The notes: generated by a model not told the origin, from the sequence alone. DNA of 64,000 nt from an uncultured Gemmatimonadales bacterium (GCA_963850905.1 CAWKMU010000003.1:1536001-1600000); one strand, 5' to 3'; numbered from the stretch's first letter, positions 1 through 10,834 are shown. Translations and numbers: made by a program.

Positions 1-288
1 CTGCGCCATTTCCCCTATCACGTGATTCAACGCGCCTTTCGCGAGCACACCGAGAACCGCCTGCCAGGAGTGTTCTACATCCATCCGTGGGAGCTCGACA
101 CCGAGCAGCCGCGTCTGCCAGTGCCGCTCATGACGCGAGTCCGACACTACCGCGGCATCCGAAACACGGCGGAGCGCGTGGAGCGTCTCTTGTCAGAATT
201 CAGCTTCACCGCGTTGCGGGATGCGTTGCCGCCGACGGCCTCGTTGTGGAGCCTGCCGCCGCGACCCGACACGGCGGTCGTCCAGTGA
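1..288 (+). CDS. Polysaccharide deacetylase, XrtA/PEP-CTERM-associated (DUF3473), C-terminal part (truncated by window edge)
   Basis: Frame open from base 1 (LRHFPYHVIQRAF...VFYIHPWELDTEQPRL...RVRHYRGI). Same motifs as the DUF3473 domain at 51900-53783; directly followed by a FemAB-like gene. Confidence 0.85.
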   Translation: MRHFPYHVIQRAFREHTENRLPGVFYIHPWELDTEQPRLPVPLMTRVRHYRGIRNTAERVERLLSEFSFTALRDALPPTASLWSLPPRPDTAVVQ

Positions 289-1403
289 GCTCGTCCGCGC
301 CGCCCATCGCAGCCGGCGCCGGGAGCGTGTTATCGGCTCCGAGCGTCGTGAGTCCATCGGTTGCCACGTTCGAGGGTGATGGCCCCGACTGGGATGCATT
401 CGTCCGGTCGCAACCAAGCAGCACACACTGTCACGTGTATGGATGGCGGGGTGTGATGGCCGACGTATTCGGGCACGAATGCGTGTACCTCGTCGCGCGC
501 GATCGGTCGGGCCGGATCGAGGGTGTGTTGCCGATGGTACGCGTGAAGAGCCGGTTGTTCGGCCACTTCCTCGTGTCGATGCCTTTTCTCAACTATGGCG
601 GCCCGCTCGGCAGTCCGCGCGCCGTCGCTGCCCTCGCGGGCGCTGCGGCCGAGCGTGCGGCGCGAGAGCGGGTATCGCTGCTGGAGCTCAGGTCTCGTGC
701 GCCATGGTTTGGCGCGCCGACGAGTGGGTGGGTGGCGTCGACGCGCAAGGTCACCGTGGTGCTCGGATTGCCGTCCGTCGGCGGCGCGGCCGCGCTCTGG
801 AAGCAGCTCGACGCCAAGTTGCGCAGCCAGGTGCGGCGACCCCAGAAGGAAGGGGTCGAGGTTCGATTCGGGGTCGATCAGCTCGAGCCGTTCTACGAGG
901 TCTTTGCGCAGCACATGCGGGACCTGGGAACGCCTGCGCAACCACTTCGACTCTTCGAGGCCATCGCCACGGCGTTCCCCGACGACGTCTGGTTCGGGTG
1001 CGCATATCTGCAGGGCAGGCCGGTCGCGGCGGGGTGCGGATTCCGATGGCAATCGGAATTCGAGATGACGTGGGCGTCATCGCTCGTCGCGTACAAGCGC
1101 ACATCGCCCAACATGCTCTTGTACTGGGCCTTCATGGAGCGTGCGTGCGAGCAGGGGCTAGCCGCGTTCAACTTCGGTCGCTGCACGAGCGGGAGCGGCC
1201 CGCACAAGTTCAAGCTGCAATGGGGCGCGCGCGACGAGCAGCTCTGGTGGTACGACTGGCGGGCGGCAGATGCGGTCGAGGGTGTCGGAAAGACGCCCTC
1301 GCCGGACGACGCGGCCTATGCCTGGGGCCCGCGGCTCTGGAAGCGGCTCCCACTGCCGCTCGCGACGGCTCTCGGTCCGCGTATTGTGAAGTACATTCCG
1401 TAG
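285..1403 (+). CDS. FemAB-like GNAT protein (XrtA/PEP-CTERM system-associated)
   Basis: SRLFGHFLVSMPFLNYGGP, LRSQVRRPQKEG, MRDLGTP, NMLLYW, FNFGRCT, FKLQWG. Probable GTG start overlaps the upstream TGA (GTGA 285-288). Confidence 0.88.
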   Translation: MSSSAPPIAAGAGSVLSAPSVVSPSVATFEGDGPDWDAFVRSQPSSTHCHVYGWRGVMADVFGHECVYLVARDRSGRIEGVLPMVRVKSRLFGHFLVSMPFLNYGGPLGSPRAVAALAGAAAERAARERVSLLELRSRAPWFGAPTSGWVASTRKVTVVLGLPSVGGAAALWKQLDAKLRSQVRRPQKEGVEVRFGVDQLEPFYEVFAQHMRDLGTPAQPLRLFEAIATAFPDDVWFGCAYLQGRPVAAGCGFRWQSEFEMTWASSLVAYKRTSPNMLLYWAFMERACEQGLAAFNFGRCTSGSGPHKFKLQWGARDEQLWWYDWRAADAVEGVGKTPSPDDAAYAWGPRLWKRLPLPLATALGPRIVKYIP

Positions 1404-1454
1404 GGCACTGACTGCGGGATCAGGGTCGGGGAACGACCACCGCGACGACGAGAA

Positions 1455-1594
1455 GGGCGGCCTGAAGGCCGCCCCTACAGGTTGCTGCGGACGGTGTCAG
1501 ATTCGAATTCCGCGACGCGCAACGCACAGGCCCGTATGGCTCTCCGGTATTTCGCCGTCCGTGCCGACATGTAGGGGCGGGCTTCAGCCCGCCC
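1455..1594. repeat. Pair of inverted GTAG-family REP elements (REPIN/BIME-like)
   Basis: 1455-1479 reads on minus TGTAGGGGCGGCCTTCAGGCCGCCC; 1570-1594 reads on plus TGTAGGGGCGGGCTTCAGCCCGCCC. GTAG tetramer plus hairpin with a compensatory change between copies. Confidence 0.8.
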
Positions 1595-1651
1595 GCTAGT
1601 TGTCCGGTGCAGTTCAAGTACGCTGACCTGACCTCGTTGTTCAGGGCATCC

Positions 1652-2896
1652 ATGCGCGTGCGCTACCTCCCCCCAGTTTCCTCGCCGACCTGCTTCCGCG
1701 CGTTGACGCGTGCGGCGGTGGAGGCGGCGTGGCCGGAAAACGGCGGCAAGGCGAGTGGTGCCGCGTCGGATCGGGTCGCCGCGGCGTTGCGGGAGCGTTT
1801 TGGAGCGACGGCGATCGCCCTCACGGACAGCGGCACGTCGGCGCTGGTGATCGCGCTGCGCGCGATGGTGCGAGAGGGTGGGGCGGTGGCACTCCCGGCG
1901 TATGGGTGCGTGGACCTGATTGCCGCGGCGATCCGCTCAGGCGCGCGGGTCCGGCTGTACGATGTCGATCCCGGCACCCTGGGGCCTGACTTCGATTCGA
2001 TGCGGCGGACTCTGACGCGTGGAGTGGACGCGCTCGTCGTCACGCACCTGTACGGCTATCCCGTCGACATGGCCGCGGTGCGCGCCGTGACAGACGCGGC
2101 CGGTGTGCGGGTGATCGAGGATGCGGCGCAGCATGCAGGTGCCCGCTTGGGCGGTGTGGCAGTCGGGTCGAGCGGGCCGGTGACTGTGCTGAGCTTCGGT
2201 CGCGGCAAGGGGACGACGGGTGGTCGCGGCGGGGCGCTGTTCGCGACCAGGGCGGCGGACAAAGTTCTTGCGACGACGATCGAGGCGTGGGCGCGCGTAA
2301 ATGGTGCACAGGCGCGCGCGAACGGGAACGGGGCGGCTCGCGGGGCGGAGGTAGCCGGGTGGCGCGATGTCGGCCAAACCGCGGCCCAGTGGGCGTTTGG
2401 CCGTCCGTGGCTGTACGCGATCCCGGCGTCGATTCCTATGTTGGGGCTTGGACAGACCGTGTATCGGCCGGCGGGCGAGCCGGGGCGCCTCTCGCGCGCG
2501 GCAGGCGCGTTGGTGGAGCGGGCGTTGGCGCGGGTCGACGCCGATCGCATCTGTCGGTCGCAGCGCGCGCGGTGGTATGCGGAGCGTCTCTCTGGCGTGT
2601 CGACGCTGGCGCTCGTGCGCTCGATCGCTGGCGCGGAGCCGGGCTACCTCCGTCTCCCCGTGTTGACGGCGGTCGCGAATGACCCCAATCGCATCCCCGC
2701 GCCCAAGCTCGGCATCGTGCGCACCTATCCACTGCCCCTTGGTGAAGAGCCTGCCGCCGCCGCCGTGCTGCAGGTCGGGGAGCCAGCGATGCCTGGCGCG
2801 CGCGCGATTTGCAGTCGGCTTTTCTCGTTGCCGACACACGCGGCGGTGACGGATGCCGACGCCGAGCGCATTGTGGAGTGGGCGACGGCAACATGA
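1652..2896 (+). CDS. DegT/DnrJ/EryC1/StrS-family PLP-dependent aminotransferase-like protein
   Basis: TDSGTSAL, LYDVDP, VVTHLYGYP, VIEDAAQ, LSFGRGK (PLP Lys), SLPTH. ATG 1652 preferred because the longer start lies next to the REP pair. Confidence 0.85.
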   Translation: MRVRYLPPVSSPTCFRALTRAAVEAAWPENGGKASGAASDRVAAALRERFGATAIALTDSGTSALVIALRAMVREGGAVALPAYGCVDLIAAAIRSGARVRLYDVDPGTLGPDFDSMRRTLTRGVDALVVTHLYGYPVDMAAVRAVTDAAGVRVIEDAAQHAGARLGGVAVGSSGPVTVLSFGRGKGTTGGRGGALFATRAADKVLATTIEAWARVNGAQARANGNGAARGAEVAGWRDVGQTAAQWAFGRPWLYAIPASIPMLGLGQTVYRPAGEPGRLSRAAGALVERALARVDADRICRSQRARWYAERLSGVSTLALVRSIAGAEPGYLRLPVLTAVANDPNRIPAPKLGIVRTYPLPLGEEPAAAAVLQVGEPAMPGARAICSRLFSLPTHAAVTDADAERIVEWATAT

Positions 2897-2950
2897 TCTG
2901 CGGTCAGAGGGGTTTGTGGTGGCCCGTGACAGAGCCAGCCTGACGAGTCC

Positions 2951-4687
2951 GTGACCACTCTGCTCGAGAGTGCGGCCGCTGAACGCGTCGACGCGGGCCG
3001 GCGTGCGCGCCTGCGTGGAGTGTCCGTTGCCGCGCTTGTCGTGCTCTCGGCAGTCGGTGTCGGCCGGATCATCGCCACCTACTCCGTCTTCAGTCAAACG
3101 ACTGATGAGCCAGCCCACGTGGCTCCCGGTATGGAATGGCTGCAGCGCGGCTCTTACACGCTCGAGGCCATTACCCCGCCGCTCGCTCGTGTCGCGGATG
3201 CGCTCGGCCCGTATCTCTCGGGGCGTCGCCTGGCACCGACGGGCGGTTTGTGGAAGCAGGGCGACGACATCCTGATGGCTCCGGGCCGTTACCAGCACGA
3301 GCTCGCGCTCGCGCGCCTGGGCGCGCTGCCGTTCTTCCTTCTTGCGGTGCTCGTGGTGTGGGATTGGACGCGCCGGCGGTACGGAGACCCGGCAGCGATC
3401 CTCGCGGCGGGACTGCTGACCACGACGCCTGCGGTGTTGGCGCATTCGGGGCTGGCCACGACGGATATGGCTGTGGCGGCGACGTGCGCGTTCGCGCTCG
3501 CGGCGATGACGAATTTTCTGGAGCGGCCCACGTCCCGCGGGGCTGCCGTGCTGGGTTTCGCCGCCGGGCTCGCAACGCTGTCAAAATTCACCGCCGTCTT
3601 GCTCTTGCCGGCATGTGCGGTCGCGCTCGTCCTGTGGCGATGGTTCCTCCTGCGACGACAGTCCAAGCCGCCGCACCCTTGGCACCAACTGCTCCCGCCT
3701 CGGCGGGCCCTTGGCGTTGTCGCTGTGAGCGCCGTGCTGACCGTGTGGGCGGGATATCGCTTCTCTCTCGGTTCGATAACCGACGACACTGCCCGCCCGC
3801 ACACATCGATCGACCGGCTGGTTGGCTCGAGCGGCCGACTCCACAATGTCGCGTACACCGTGGCGGAGTCGTTCGTCGTCCCGGCTCCCGCATTTTTTCA
3901 CGGACTGGCCGAAGTGTCGAACAAGAACGCGAGGGGGCACGAAGGCTATTTGTTGGGCCACACTCGGCAGACCGGCTGGTGGTACTACTTTCCGGTCGCG
4001 CTGGGAGTGAAGACGCCACTCCCATTCTTGCTTCTCGTTGCCATCGGCGCCGTCTACCTGCTCAGAGAGGCGCGGCGCGAGCTCGACTGGGTCGTCGCCG
4101 CACCCGTGATCGCTGCGGGGGCGATCCTGCTGGTCTATCTGCCGAGCCACGTCAACATCGGGCTGCGATACATCCTCCCGATCTACCCCCCACTCGCGAT
4201 CGTGGCCGGCGTCGGGGCCTGGCGCTTGTGGAGCGAGGGCAAGTCGAAAGCAGTGGCTGCAGCGGTGGTCATGCTGCTCACCTGGCAGGTGGTCGCGTCA
4301 GTTCGCGCGCACCCCGACTATCTCGCGTACTTCAACGAGCTGGCGAGCCGGCATCCGGAGGACGTCCTGGTCGACAGCGATCTGGATTGGGGCCAGGACC
4401 TCTGGCGGTTGTCGACCGTTCTGCGAGAGCAGCACATCGATTCTGTCTCTCTGGTGTATGCCGGATCGCCGCAACTCGATCTGACCCAGTTCGGGCTGCC
4501 GCCGTTTCGTCTACTCAAGCCGTACGAGCACGCAAACGGGTGGGTGGCTATCAGCTTACTGCGGCTCAAGGCCGGTGGACTCGGGTTTCCTCCCGATGCC
4601 TACGCCTGGCTTGATGCGTATCAGCCCCACTCGCGGGTGGGGCGATCCATTTGGCTCTATCACTTGCCCCCAGACACGAATCGCTGA
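2951..4687 (+). CDS. GT-C (ArnT/PMT-like, GT39/GT83) membrane glycosyltransferase
   Basis: Multi-TM; QTTDEPAH first-loop acidic motif, LAHSGLATTD, SKFTA, GWWYYFP, LAYFNE, DSDLDWGQDL. Confidence 0.85.
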   Translation: MTTLLESAAAERVDAGRRARLRGVSVAALVVLSAVGVGRIIATYSVFSQTTDEPAHVAPGMEWLQRGSYTLEAITPPLARVADALGPYLSGRRLAPTGGLWKQGDDILMAPGRYQHELALARLGALPFFLLAVLVVWDWTRRRYGDPAAILAAGLLTTTPAVLAHSGLATTDMAVAATCAFALAAMTNFLERPTSRGAAVLGFAAGLATLSKFTAVLLLPACAVALVLWRWFLLRRQSKPPHPWHQLLPPRRALGVVAVSAVLTVWAGYRFSLGSITDDTARPHTSIDRLVGSSGRLHNVAYTVAESFVVPAPAFFHGLAEVSNKNARGHEGYLLGHTRQTGWWYYFPVALGVKTPLPFLLLVAIGAVYLLREARRELDWVVAAPVIAAGAILLVYLPSHVNIGLRYILPIYPPLAIVAGVGAWRLWSEGKSKAVAAAVVMLLTWQVVASVRAHPDYLAYFNELASRHPEDVLVDSDLDWGQDLWRLSTVLREQHIDSVSLVYAGSPQLDLTQFGLPPFRLLKPYEHANGWVAISLLRLKAGGLGFPPDAYAWLDAYQPHSRVGRSIWLYHLPPDTNR

Positions 4688-4785
4688 GGACTGTATCTCA
4701 TGGGGCGATGGCAAGCCAACGGCTGCATTGGGCGAGGCCTCGCGTACACTCGGCAGATTATGAGTGGGCGCCGGCGTGTCGACGA

Positions 4786-6519
4786 CTAGCGCGTCAGCTT
4801 GAAGAGAATGGCCCAGGGCGTCTCAGCGACGACGGGGAATTCACGTCGCATGTCGGTCTCGAACGTCGGACGCTTGGCGAGTGCTCGCCGCTCGACAATG
4901 AAGTAGCGCGCGCCGCGGCGCATCAGGGCATGCACCTCCGGTAGTGTATGGTCCTGCACGCAAGGGCTGAACCCTTTGTGGTCCGTCCAATAGAAGTACC
5001 ATGGATGCTCGTACGCAGACTCCGTCGGTGAGATGCAGTCGCCGCCGCTCGAGACGATCAGCACACCAGGCGGCATGAGCGGCGCGAACATGCGAGCGGT
5101 TTGGTATTCGGGGACCGACCGGCTCGTCGAGTGGCGCTCGGCGTAGGTGATCCTGGCGGTGGACAAGAGTGCGACTAGTACCAGAGAGGCGAGCGCACCT
5201 GTTGCCAGTGCCTTCGCCATGAGCGGACGGCGGTTGCGTGAGGGACGAGGCATTATTGTCACCAGGGCGCCTCCTGCTGCAGCCGCAATCAGAACTGCGG
5301 TCCCCGCTGCTTCGACGACGTGGTTCGCAACGACGAACGCGATCGTTGCGCACAGCGCGACGGCGCCTGCCATGCGACGACTTCTGGAGTCGAGGTCCTG
5401 GAAACGCAGTGCCAAGACCGCACCTGTCCACCCGACCAGCAAGGCCACGGGTGGAACTGAAACAATGTGATAGTACGTTCCCCAAGCGAACGCACTAGTG
5501 CCGGCAATGACGAGATAGTAGACGAAGACGGCACCATACCAGAACAGACCGTAACCCACATCGGACGGCCGCGGCCCGATGGCGATTGCCAGAGCTACCG
5601 CCAGCACACCCGCTAGCGTCCAAACGAAATGGACGTCGATGCCGATGATTGCCGGGATATAGGACGGGTCGGTGAACGTGGTCAGCCCGACGAAGTGGTG
5701 ATGGTTGGAGACGCCCAACGAGTTGCCATAGGCGAGCCAGAACTCGCGGGCGTGTGCGTACCACAATGCAGGGGGCAGGATTGCGGCCAGCGCGAAGGCC
5801 CACAAGCGGGCACTCTTCAGGATCGCTGGCCCTCGGCGCCACAGCGCGAGCATGGCAAACGCCAGTCCCACGTGGGCTGCGGGAGCCTTGGCGAGTATTG
5901 CGAACGAAGTGAGTACAAGCGCAGTCCAATACCAACGCCAGCGATTCTCCTGCAGCCAACGGACGAAGGCGTACATCGCGCCCACGTAGCCAAGTAGCAT
6001 GAACGGCTCTGGCTGGATCGTGGTCGCGAGTCGGACGGCGATCGGGTTGAGCGCAAAGAACACACCGGCAGCAATCGCTCCGGGTGGCGGAAGCAGATAG
6101 GCGGCGAGTCGCGTGAAGAGAAACAACGTGAGCAGCGCTGCCACGTAGGACAGCACTCGACCGATTTGCTCGTGAAACCCCACGATCTTATAGCCGACCG
6201 CGATCAGGTACGGGTAGATCGGAAACTCCATCTCCACGTATCCCGGACCATCGCCGCGCCAGTCTATCCGGGGCGACCGAATGTCCATGCCCTCGCGGGC
6301 AAAGTTGCGAGCGATCGCGGCTACGTCTGTCTCTCGCCAGATCTCCCAATCTCGTCCATCCAAGGGATGCCAGAGATTCACTGCGTTTACGGCGGCTCCG
6401 AGCAGGAGGATGGAGATGAGTGCTCGCCAGGAGAGGCGGCCACGGCCGATTCCGCGAGGTGGCGCCGAGCGGAGTGGCCGGGCCGCCGGTTCAACTGGTG
6501 TGGCGGCAGCGGCAGTCAC
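4786..6519 (-). CDS. GT-C (ArnT-like) membrane glycosyltransferase
   Basis: WRETDVAAIARNF, PRIDWRGDGPGYVEMEFPIYPY, many TM segments. Confidence 0.82.
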   Translation of the reverse strand: MTAAAATPVEPAARPLRSAPPRGIGRGRLSWRALISILLLGAAVNAVNLWHPLDGRDWEIWRETDVAAIARNFAREGMDIRSPRIDWRGDGPGYVEMEFPIYPYLIAVGYKIVGFHEQIGRVLSYVAALLTLFLFTRLAAYLLPPPGAIAAGVFFALNPIAVRLATTIQPEPFMLLGYVGAMYAFVRWLQENRWRWYWTALVLTSFAILAKAPAAHVGLAFAMLALWRRGPAILKSARLWAFALAAILPPALWYAHAREFWLAYGNSLGVSNHHHFVGLTTFTDPSYIPAIIGIDVHFVWTLAGVLAVALAIAIGPRPSDVGYGLFWYGAVFVYYLVIAGTSAFAWGTYYHIVSVPPVALLVGWTGAVLALRFQDLDSRSRRMAGAVALCATIAFVVANHVVEAAGTAVLIAAAAGGALVTIMPRPSRNRRPLMAKALATGALASLVLVALLSTARITYAERHSTSRSVPEYQTARMFAPLMPPGVLIVSSGGDCISPTESAYEHPWYFYWTDHKGFSPCVQDHTLPEVHALMRRGARYFIVERRALAKRPTFETDMRREFPVVAETPWAILFKLTR

Positions 6520-8123
6520 GGCTTGGCCCCGGCCGAAAGCGTCGCTCGCGGTGCCCGGGCGCTCAGATCATACAGTCGTGCCCACGCCCCCGTTGCGACG
6601 ATCGAGTCTCGTGGTTGTCCAATCGTCGACACGTAGTCGGCGAATGATGCTGGTGATTCGAACTGCGACCCCCACATGTAATGCGAGGCTATGATCCACA
6701 CGCGGGCGTAACCGCGGTACGCGTCCAAACGCGATCGAGCACAGCTGCCGGTATCCACTCTTGTCAGAGGGATACCGTAACGGTCAGCGTAGAATTGAAA
6801 CGGGACCTCCGCATTGCAGTAAACGTAGATGATGTCACCCGGCTGGCGTGCAACGGCGAGCTGCGCGACAACAGGGCGGAGATCCTCGTATACGCCTGTC
6901 GGATTGCGGGCAAACGACACGATCGGGGACACCAGCAGTGCCGAAAAGGCTGCGATTGTCAGCGCAGAGCCGAGTTTCCACGCGTCTCGGGCGAGACTGA
7001 TCGCCGACGCGATCGCAAGCACGATGAGCGGGGCAAGGAACAGCGCGAGGCGACCCTCTAACGGGTAGGCGTGTAGAGCCGACGCCCCAAGCGCAAAGAT
7101 CAATGGTAGAACCGCGGCAAGGCCCGCGGCACGGGATCGTCTGAGTAAGACCACGGCCCCGATCGCCCCAATCACTGCAACGAGCAGCGGCAGCGGCACC
7201 GCGACAAATTCAGCGACGAGGTCGCGGGCGAGCCGAGCGAGCCAGGTTGCATCGTGAAACGATCGAGGGCGAATGGGGAAGAACCCTGCGGCCCAGTACT
7301 AATGCATGCCCGCGATGAGCGATGAATCCGTCCGGCGTCGAACGTCGAGAATAGCGGCTCCTGCGCTTACGCCCCACGCTGCACCGAGGGTGAGCAAGCG
7401 CCATCGGTCGTCGCGCCGCTCGTGCCATCCGTGAACCACGGCGACAGCAGCTGTTGCGGCGAGCCCAAATACGGCCGTAAACGAGAGCCAAGGCGCGATC
7501 AATCCCCCGAGGGCAAGGGCGCCCCAACGAGTGCGGCTCGGGTGGTCGGCAACTAACACTATCGCTGCTAGTACGAGCACTACAGCCATGAAGACATCAA
7601 ACGCGTACGGTTTGACCTCCGCAGAGTAGTACACAAGCGGCGGTGCCACCGCGAAGAGCGCGACCGCTCCCACTGCGACCTCGGGAACCAAAAACTTTGC
7701 GAGTCGGGCAAACAGTACCAGAGCAGCCAGGCCGGCCAGGAGTGGCCAGAACCGGAGCGCAAGCTCGCTCGGTCCGAACATCGTCACGCTCAATCGCTCG
7801 AGCTCCACGAACCCGAGTGGTGCCATCTGCCAATAGTCCAAAGGATCGTGGGCGAGTTGAGTCGCGGAGTGCCGCACGAAGCTCTCGCTCAGGAATGCCT
7901 CGTCAAGCCAGAGGGAACGATCGCCGAAGTACTGCACCAAGCGCAGCACGATCCCAACTGTGACGGCCACGCCAATGAGACGCGACTGGTCGATCCATGG
8001 CCGTAGCCCGTTGGTTTGTGCCAACGGCCCCGATGTACGGGGGATCGCGATTGGAGGGTGCTCGTCCAGTACGTGCTTCGAGCCGGCAGGCAACGGTTGA
8101 CCGCTGCCGATCTCACCTGGCAT
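6516..8123 (-). pseudogene. GT-C membrane glycosyltransferase interrupted by one in-frame TAG (7299-7301)
   Basis: ORF 7299-8123 (RSLWLDEA, YYSAEVKPY) and ORF 6516-7199 are in the same frame. Read-through gives ...IAGMH*YWAAGFFPIRP...AVPLPLL with no other stop. Confidence 0.8.
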
Positions 8124-8928
8124 TTGGTACCGCGCCGTCCCGAGAGCGGTAGCGCATTCTCAGACGCAGCAGATCAATGCCGGACCGAACGAAATCGAAG
8201 AATTTTACCTTTGAACCGCTCACGTCGCGCCATTCCCGAAGCGGGAGTTCTACGACCTCGTGTTCGGCATCAATGCCACAAAGACACTGCAACCGCGCGA
8301 GCATCTCCACGTCAAACGACCAGCGCGAGAGAAACGGAGATTCGAGCACGCGAGCCAGCGCAGAATCGACTCGGAAGAGCTTCGCCCCGCACTGGGTGTC
8401 GTAGACTGGAAGCCGCAGCGTGAGGGACGCAGCGGTTGCGAACACGCGTCCGGCGTAGTGCCGACGCGCGCGTCGGTCGATGGACCTGCCGAGGAGCCGG
8501 ACGCGCGCGCCAATGATCCAACGAAACTGGGGCGACGTCTCCATCACGGCCAGGAAGTCCTGCACGGCATGCAGTGGTGTGGCTAGGTCGGCATCCCAGA
8601 AGCCGGTGTAGCGGTACCCCGCGCGGACACATTCGAGCATGCCCGCTCGCACCGTCTCGCCTTTCCCCTGATTTCGCGGCTGCCGGAGCAGCGCGACGCG
8701 AGGTGCGAGCTCGGCGCTCAGTGATTCGATGAGTGCGACCGTTCCGTCCGTGCTGCCGTCATCGACGAACAGGAGATCCACGTCGGTCTGGGCCGTGATG
8801 AACGCCCGGATGCGCGGGGTGTCGAGTCGCGCGGCTTCGTTGTAGCAGGGGATGACGATACAGGTGCGCTCACCCAATGGTGACGGCGTGGCACGATCGG
8901 GTCCGGCCACTGCGTGACCGTCGGTCAT
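8113..8928 (-). CDS. GT2 polyprenol-phosphate glycosyltransferase (DPM/DPG-synthase-like)
   Basis: IVIPCYNE, FVDDGSTDGT, NQGKG, FWDADLATP, YDTQCGAKLF, WSFDVE, GSKV. Confidence 0.9.
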   Translation of the reverse strand: MTDGHAVAGPDRATPSPLGERTCIVIPCYNEAARLDTPRIRAFITAQTDVDLLFVDDGSTDGTVALIESLSAELAPRVALLRQPRNQGKGETVRAGMLECVRAGYRYTGFWDADLATPLHAVQDFLAVMETSPQFRWIIGARVRLLGRSIDRRARRHYAGRVFATAASLTLRLPVYDTQCGAKLFRVDSALARVLESPFLSRWSFDVEMLARLQCLCGIDAEHEVVELPLREWRDVSGSKVKFFDFVRSGIDLLRLRMRYRSRDGAVPNAR

Positions 8929-10790
8929 GACCTCTTGGGCCTCTCCACTCCTGGAATGCAGGGGCGCTGCTCGGCGGGGTGGCGCTCGTGCACCAGGTAC
9001 GCGACTGCGGAATCGCTGGGTGCGCCAGGCCGCTCGAGGGCTTCGGTCGCCAATCCGGAATCAGAGTCGATTCTTATCAAAGGCCAGCCGTTGTTGGCGA
9101 GGTGTGCCACGACGAGTCCCGAGTAGGAACACAACGGGCTCGACGCATCGCGGGGTGACGCACTGAGGTAGCCCCGTGCCTCGATGACCTGAAGGAAGTT
9201 GTATGTGTAAATGGCAAATCGGGGCGCACGGGGATCCAGGTATGCGGCCCGGTCCATGGGGAAGACGTACTCAATATCCGGGCGCTGTTGGTAGTGCAGG
9301 ATCGGCATGAAGTTGAGGAGGCTGGGCACGATGACGACGGCGTGCGGAGGTACCACCTTCTCGAGGCGAAGACCAGGGCGTTCGCCTGGATTGGCACTGT
9401 AGCCGGCCCAGATAGGGTATACGGCGAGCAGGGCAAACACGCTGGCCCAGACGGCCCGGAAGCGACGGTTCGATGGGGCGCGTGAGGCAGCGCTCTCGAT
9501 ATCATCGAACGCCGCGGTCGTGAGCTCCATCCCGTGTGCGAGGATGATGCTGATCCCGACCGCGGATGGCAGCATATACCGATCGACGAAGATCGGCATC
9601 ACCGCGTGCGACAGGAGGAACGCAGCGAAGGGCACACATACGATCGACGTGGCGACCACCAGCAACGGATCGTTCCTAGCCGCCGCGCGGAAACCACCCG
9701 CCCGGACGATCACAGACCCGAGTACCGCCAGCAGGATGACGAGCATGAGCAGACCACTGCTTTGCTTCAGGAGGTCACTCGTTGTTCCGCCGGTGTGTAG
9801 GAAGCGGAAGGGGAGCCAGCTGATGCCTGCTGCTGCAACCGCAATGCCGATGGCGGCGACGATGCGTTTTCGGTGCCCCGCGTCTACGATCCGACCCACT
9901 GTGGGACCACGCGTCGTGGCGAAGAAACCGCCGAGGGCAGACAGCAGGACGACCAGGATGACGACAATGGGCAGCCGGCGCATCGCGACGCCAAAGACTT
10001 CCATCAGGGCGCCCGGCGTCGGCGCCGTAAGCCACCCCTGGGGACGCGCCAGGTCAGCGGCACGTCGCAGGGACGGCAGCCACGGAATGAAGGTGGCCCA
10101 CCCCGCAAGGATCGCGGCATAGCTCGCCGGACGCCATCGACCGGCGCAGCGATCCGCGATGACCCAGGCGGCCAGGATCGCCGCGCTGTACATCGCCCCG
10201 TACACGTGTGTGTATACGAGCGCGGCGTGCGTCGCGAAGATCGCGGCCAGCAGCTTCCACGACGTTCGCTCGGGCGTGAGAACGGCACGAGCGTACAAGT
10301 ACGTCGCGAGCGCGACGAGGGCGGTGAGGAATCCGTAGAAGCGGGCTTCGGAGACGTGGTACAGCACGAGCGCCGACAGTGGGAACGCGACCAACGCGCC
10401 AACAGCGGTGGCCTGGAGCGAGTATCGGCGACGGAGTGTCAGCCAGACGAGGACGAGGGCGACGATCATCATCGCGCAGGAGGGCGCACGGAGCGCGAGC
10501 TCACTCTGGCCGGCTGCGCGCGCCCAGAGCCAGAGGAGTGTGTGGTAGAGCGGTGGCGCGCTTTCGCCGCCTGCGGCGATCGTGCCGATCATGTGTGAGA
10601 GCGACGGGTCCGCCACGAGGTTCGCGGAATTGACCTCGTCGTACCAGAAGAATTTTTTTCCGGACGTGAGCACCGAGCAGACTGCCAGCGACGTGGCGGT
10701 GATGCCGAGCAACGCCCAGTCACCCCGACTCCATTGGTCACGAGTCGGAGGAACCATCTCGTCGTGTGCAGCTTGTGGCGGGGTGGGCAT
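8925..10790 (-). CDS. GT-C (PMT-like) membrane glycosyltransferase
   Basis: KFFWYDE, PPLYH, ELALRAPS, SEARFY, YTHVYG, many TM segments. Confidence 0.82.
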   Translation of the reverse strand: MPTPPQAAHDEMVPPTRDQWSRGDWALLGITATSLAVCSVLTSGKKFFWYDEVNSANLVADPSLSHMIGTIAAGGESAPPLYHTLLWLWARAAGQSELALRAPSCAMMIVALVLVWLTLRRRYSLQATAVGALVAFPLSALVLYHVSEARFYGFLTALVALATYLYARAVLTPERTSWKLLAAIFATHAALVYTHVYGAMYSAAILAAWVIADRCAGRWRPASYAAILAGWATFIPWLPSLRRAADLARPQGWLTAPTPGALMEVFGVAMRRLPIVVILVVLLSALGGFFATTRGPTVGRIVDAGHRKRIVAAIGIAVAAAGISWLPFRFLHTGGTTSDLLKQSSGLLMLVILLAVLGSVIVRAGGFRAAARNDPLLVVATSIVCVPFAAFLLSHAVMPIFVDRYMLPSAVGISIILAHGMELTTAAFDDIESAASRAPSNRRFRAVWASVFALLAVYPIWAGYSANPGERPGLRLEKVVPPHAVVIVPSLLNFMPILHYQQRPDIEYVFPMDRAAYLDPRAPRFAIYTYNFLQVIEARGYLSASPRDASSPLCSYSGLVVAHLANNGWPLIRIDSDSGLATEALERPGAPSDSAVAYLVHERHPAEQRPCIPGVERPKRS

Positions 10791-10834
10791 GCTGACGTCA
10801 ATTGGCCGTGATTCCAGCCACTTGCAAGGTCTGT

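Noticed and set aside
7299..7301. Genome-wide amber recoding or pyrrolysine
   Set aside because: TAG is the normal stop of many intact genes here (e.g. 1403, 11565, 17070, 21524), and no pyl genes are seen.
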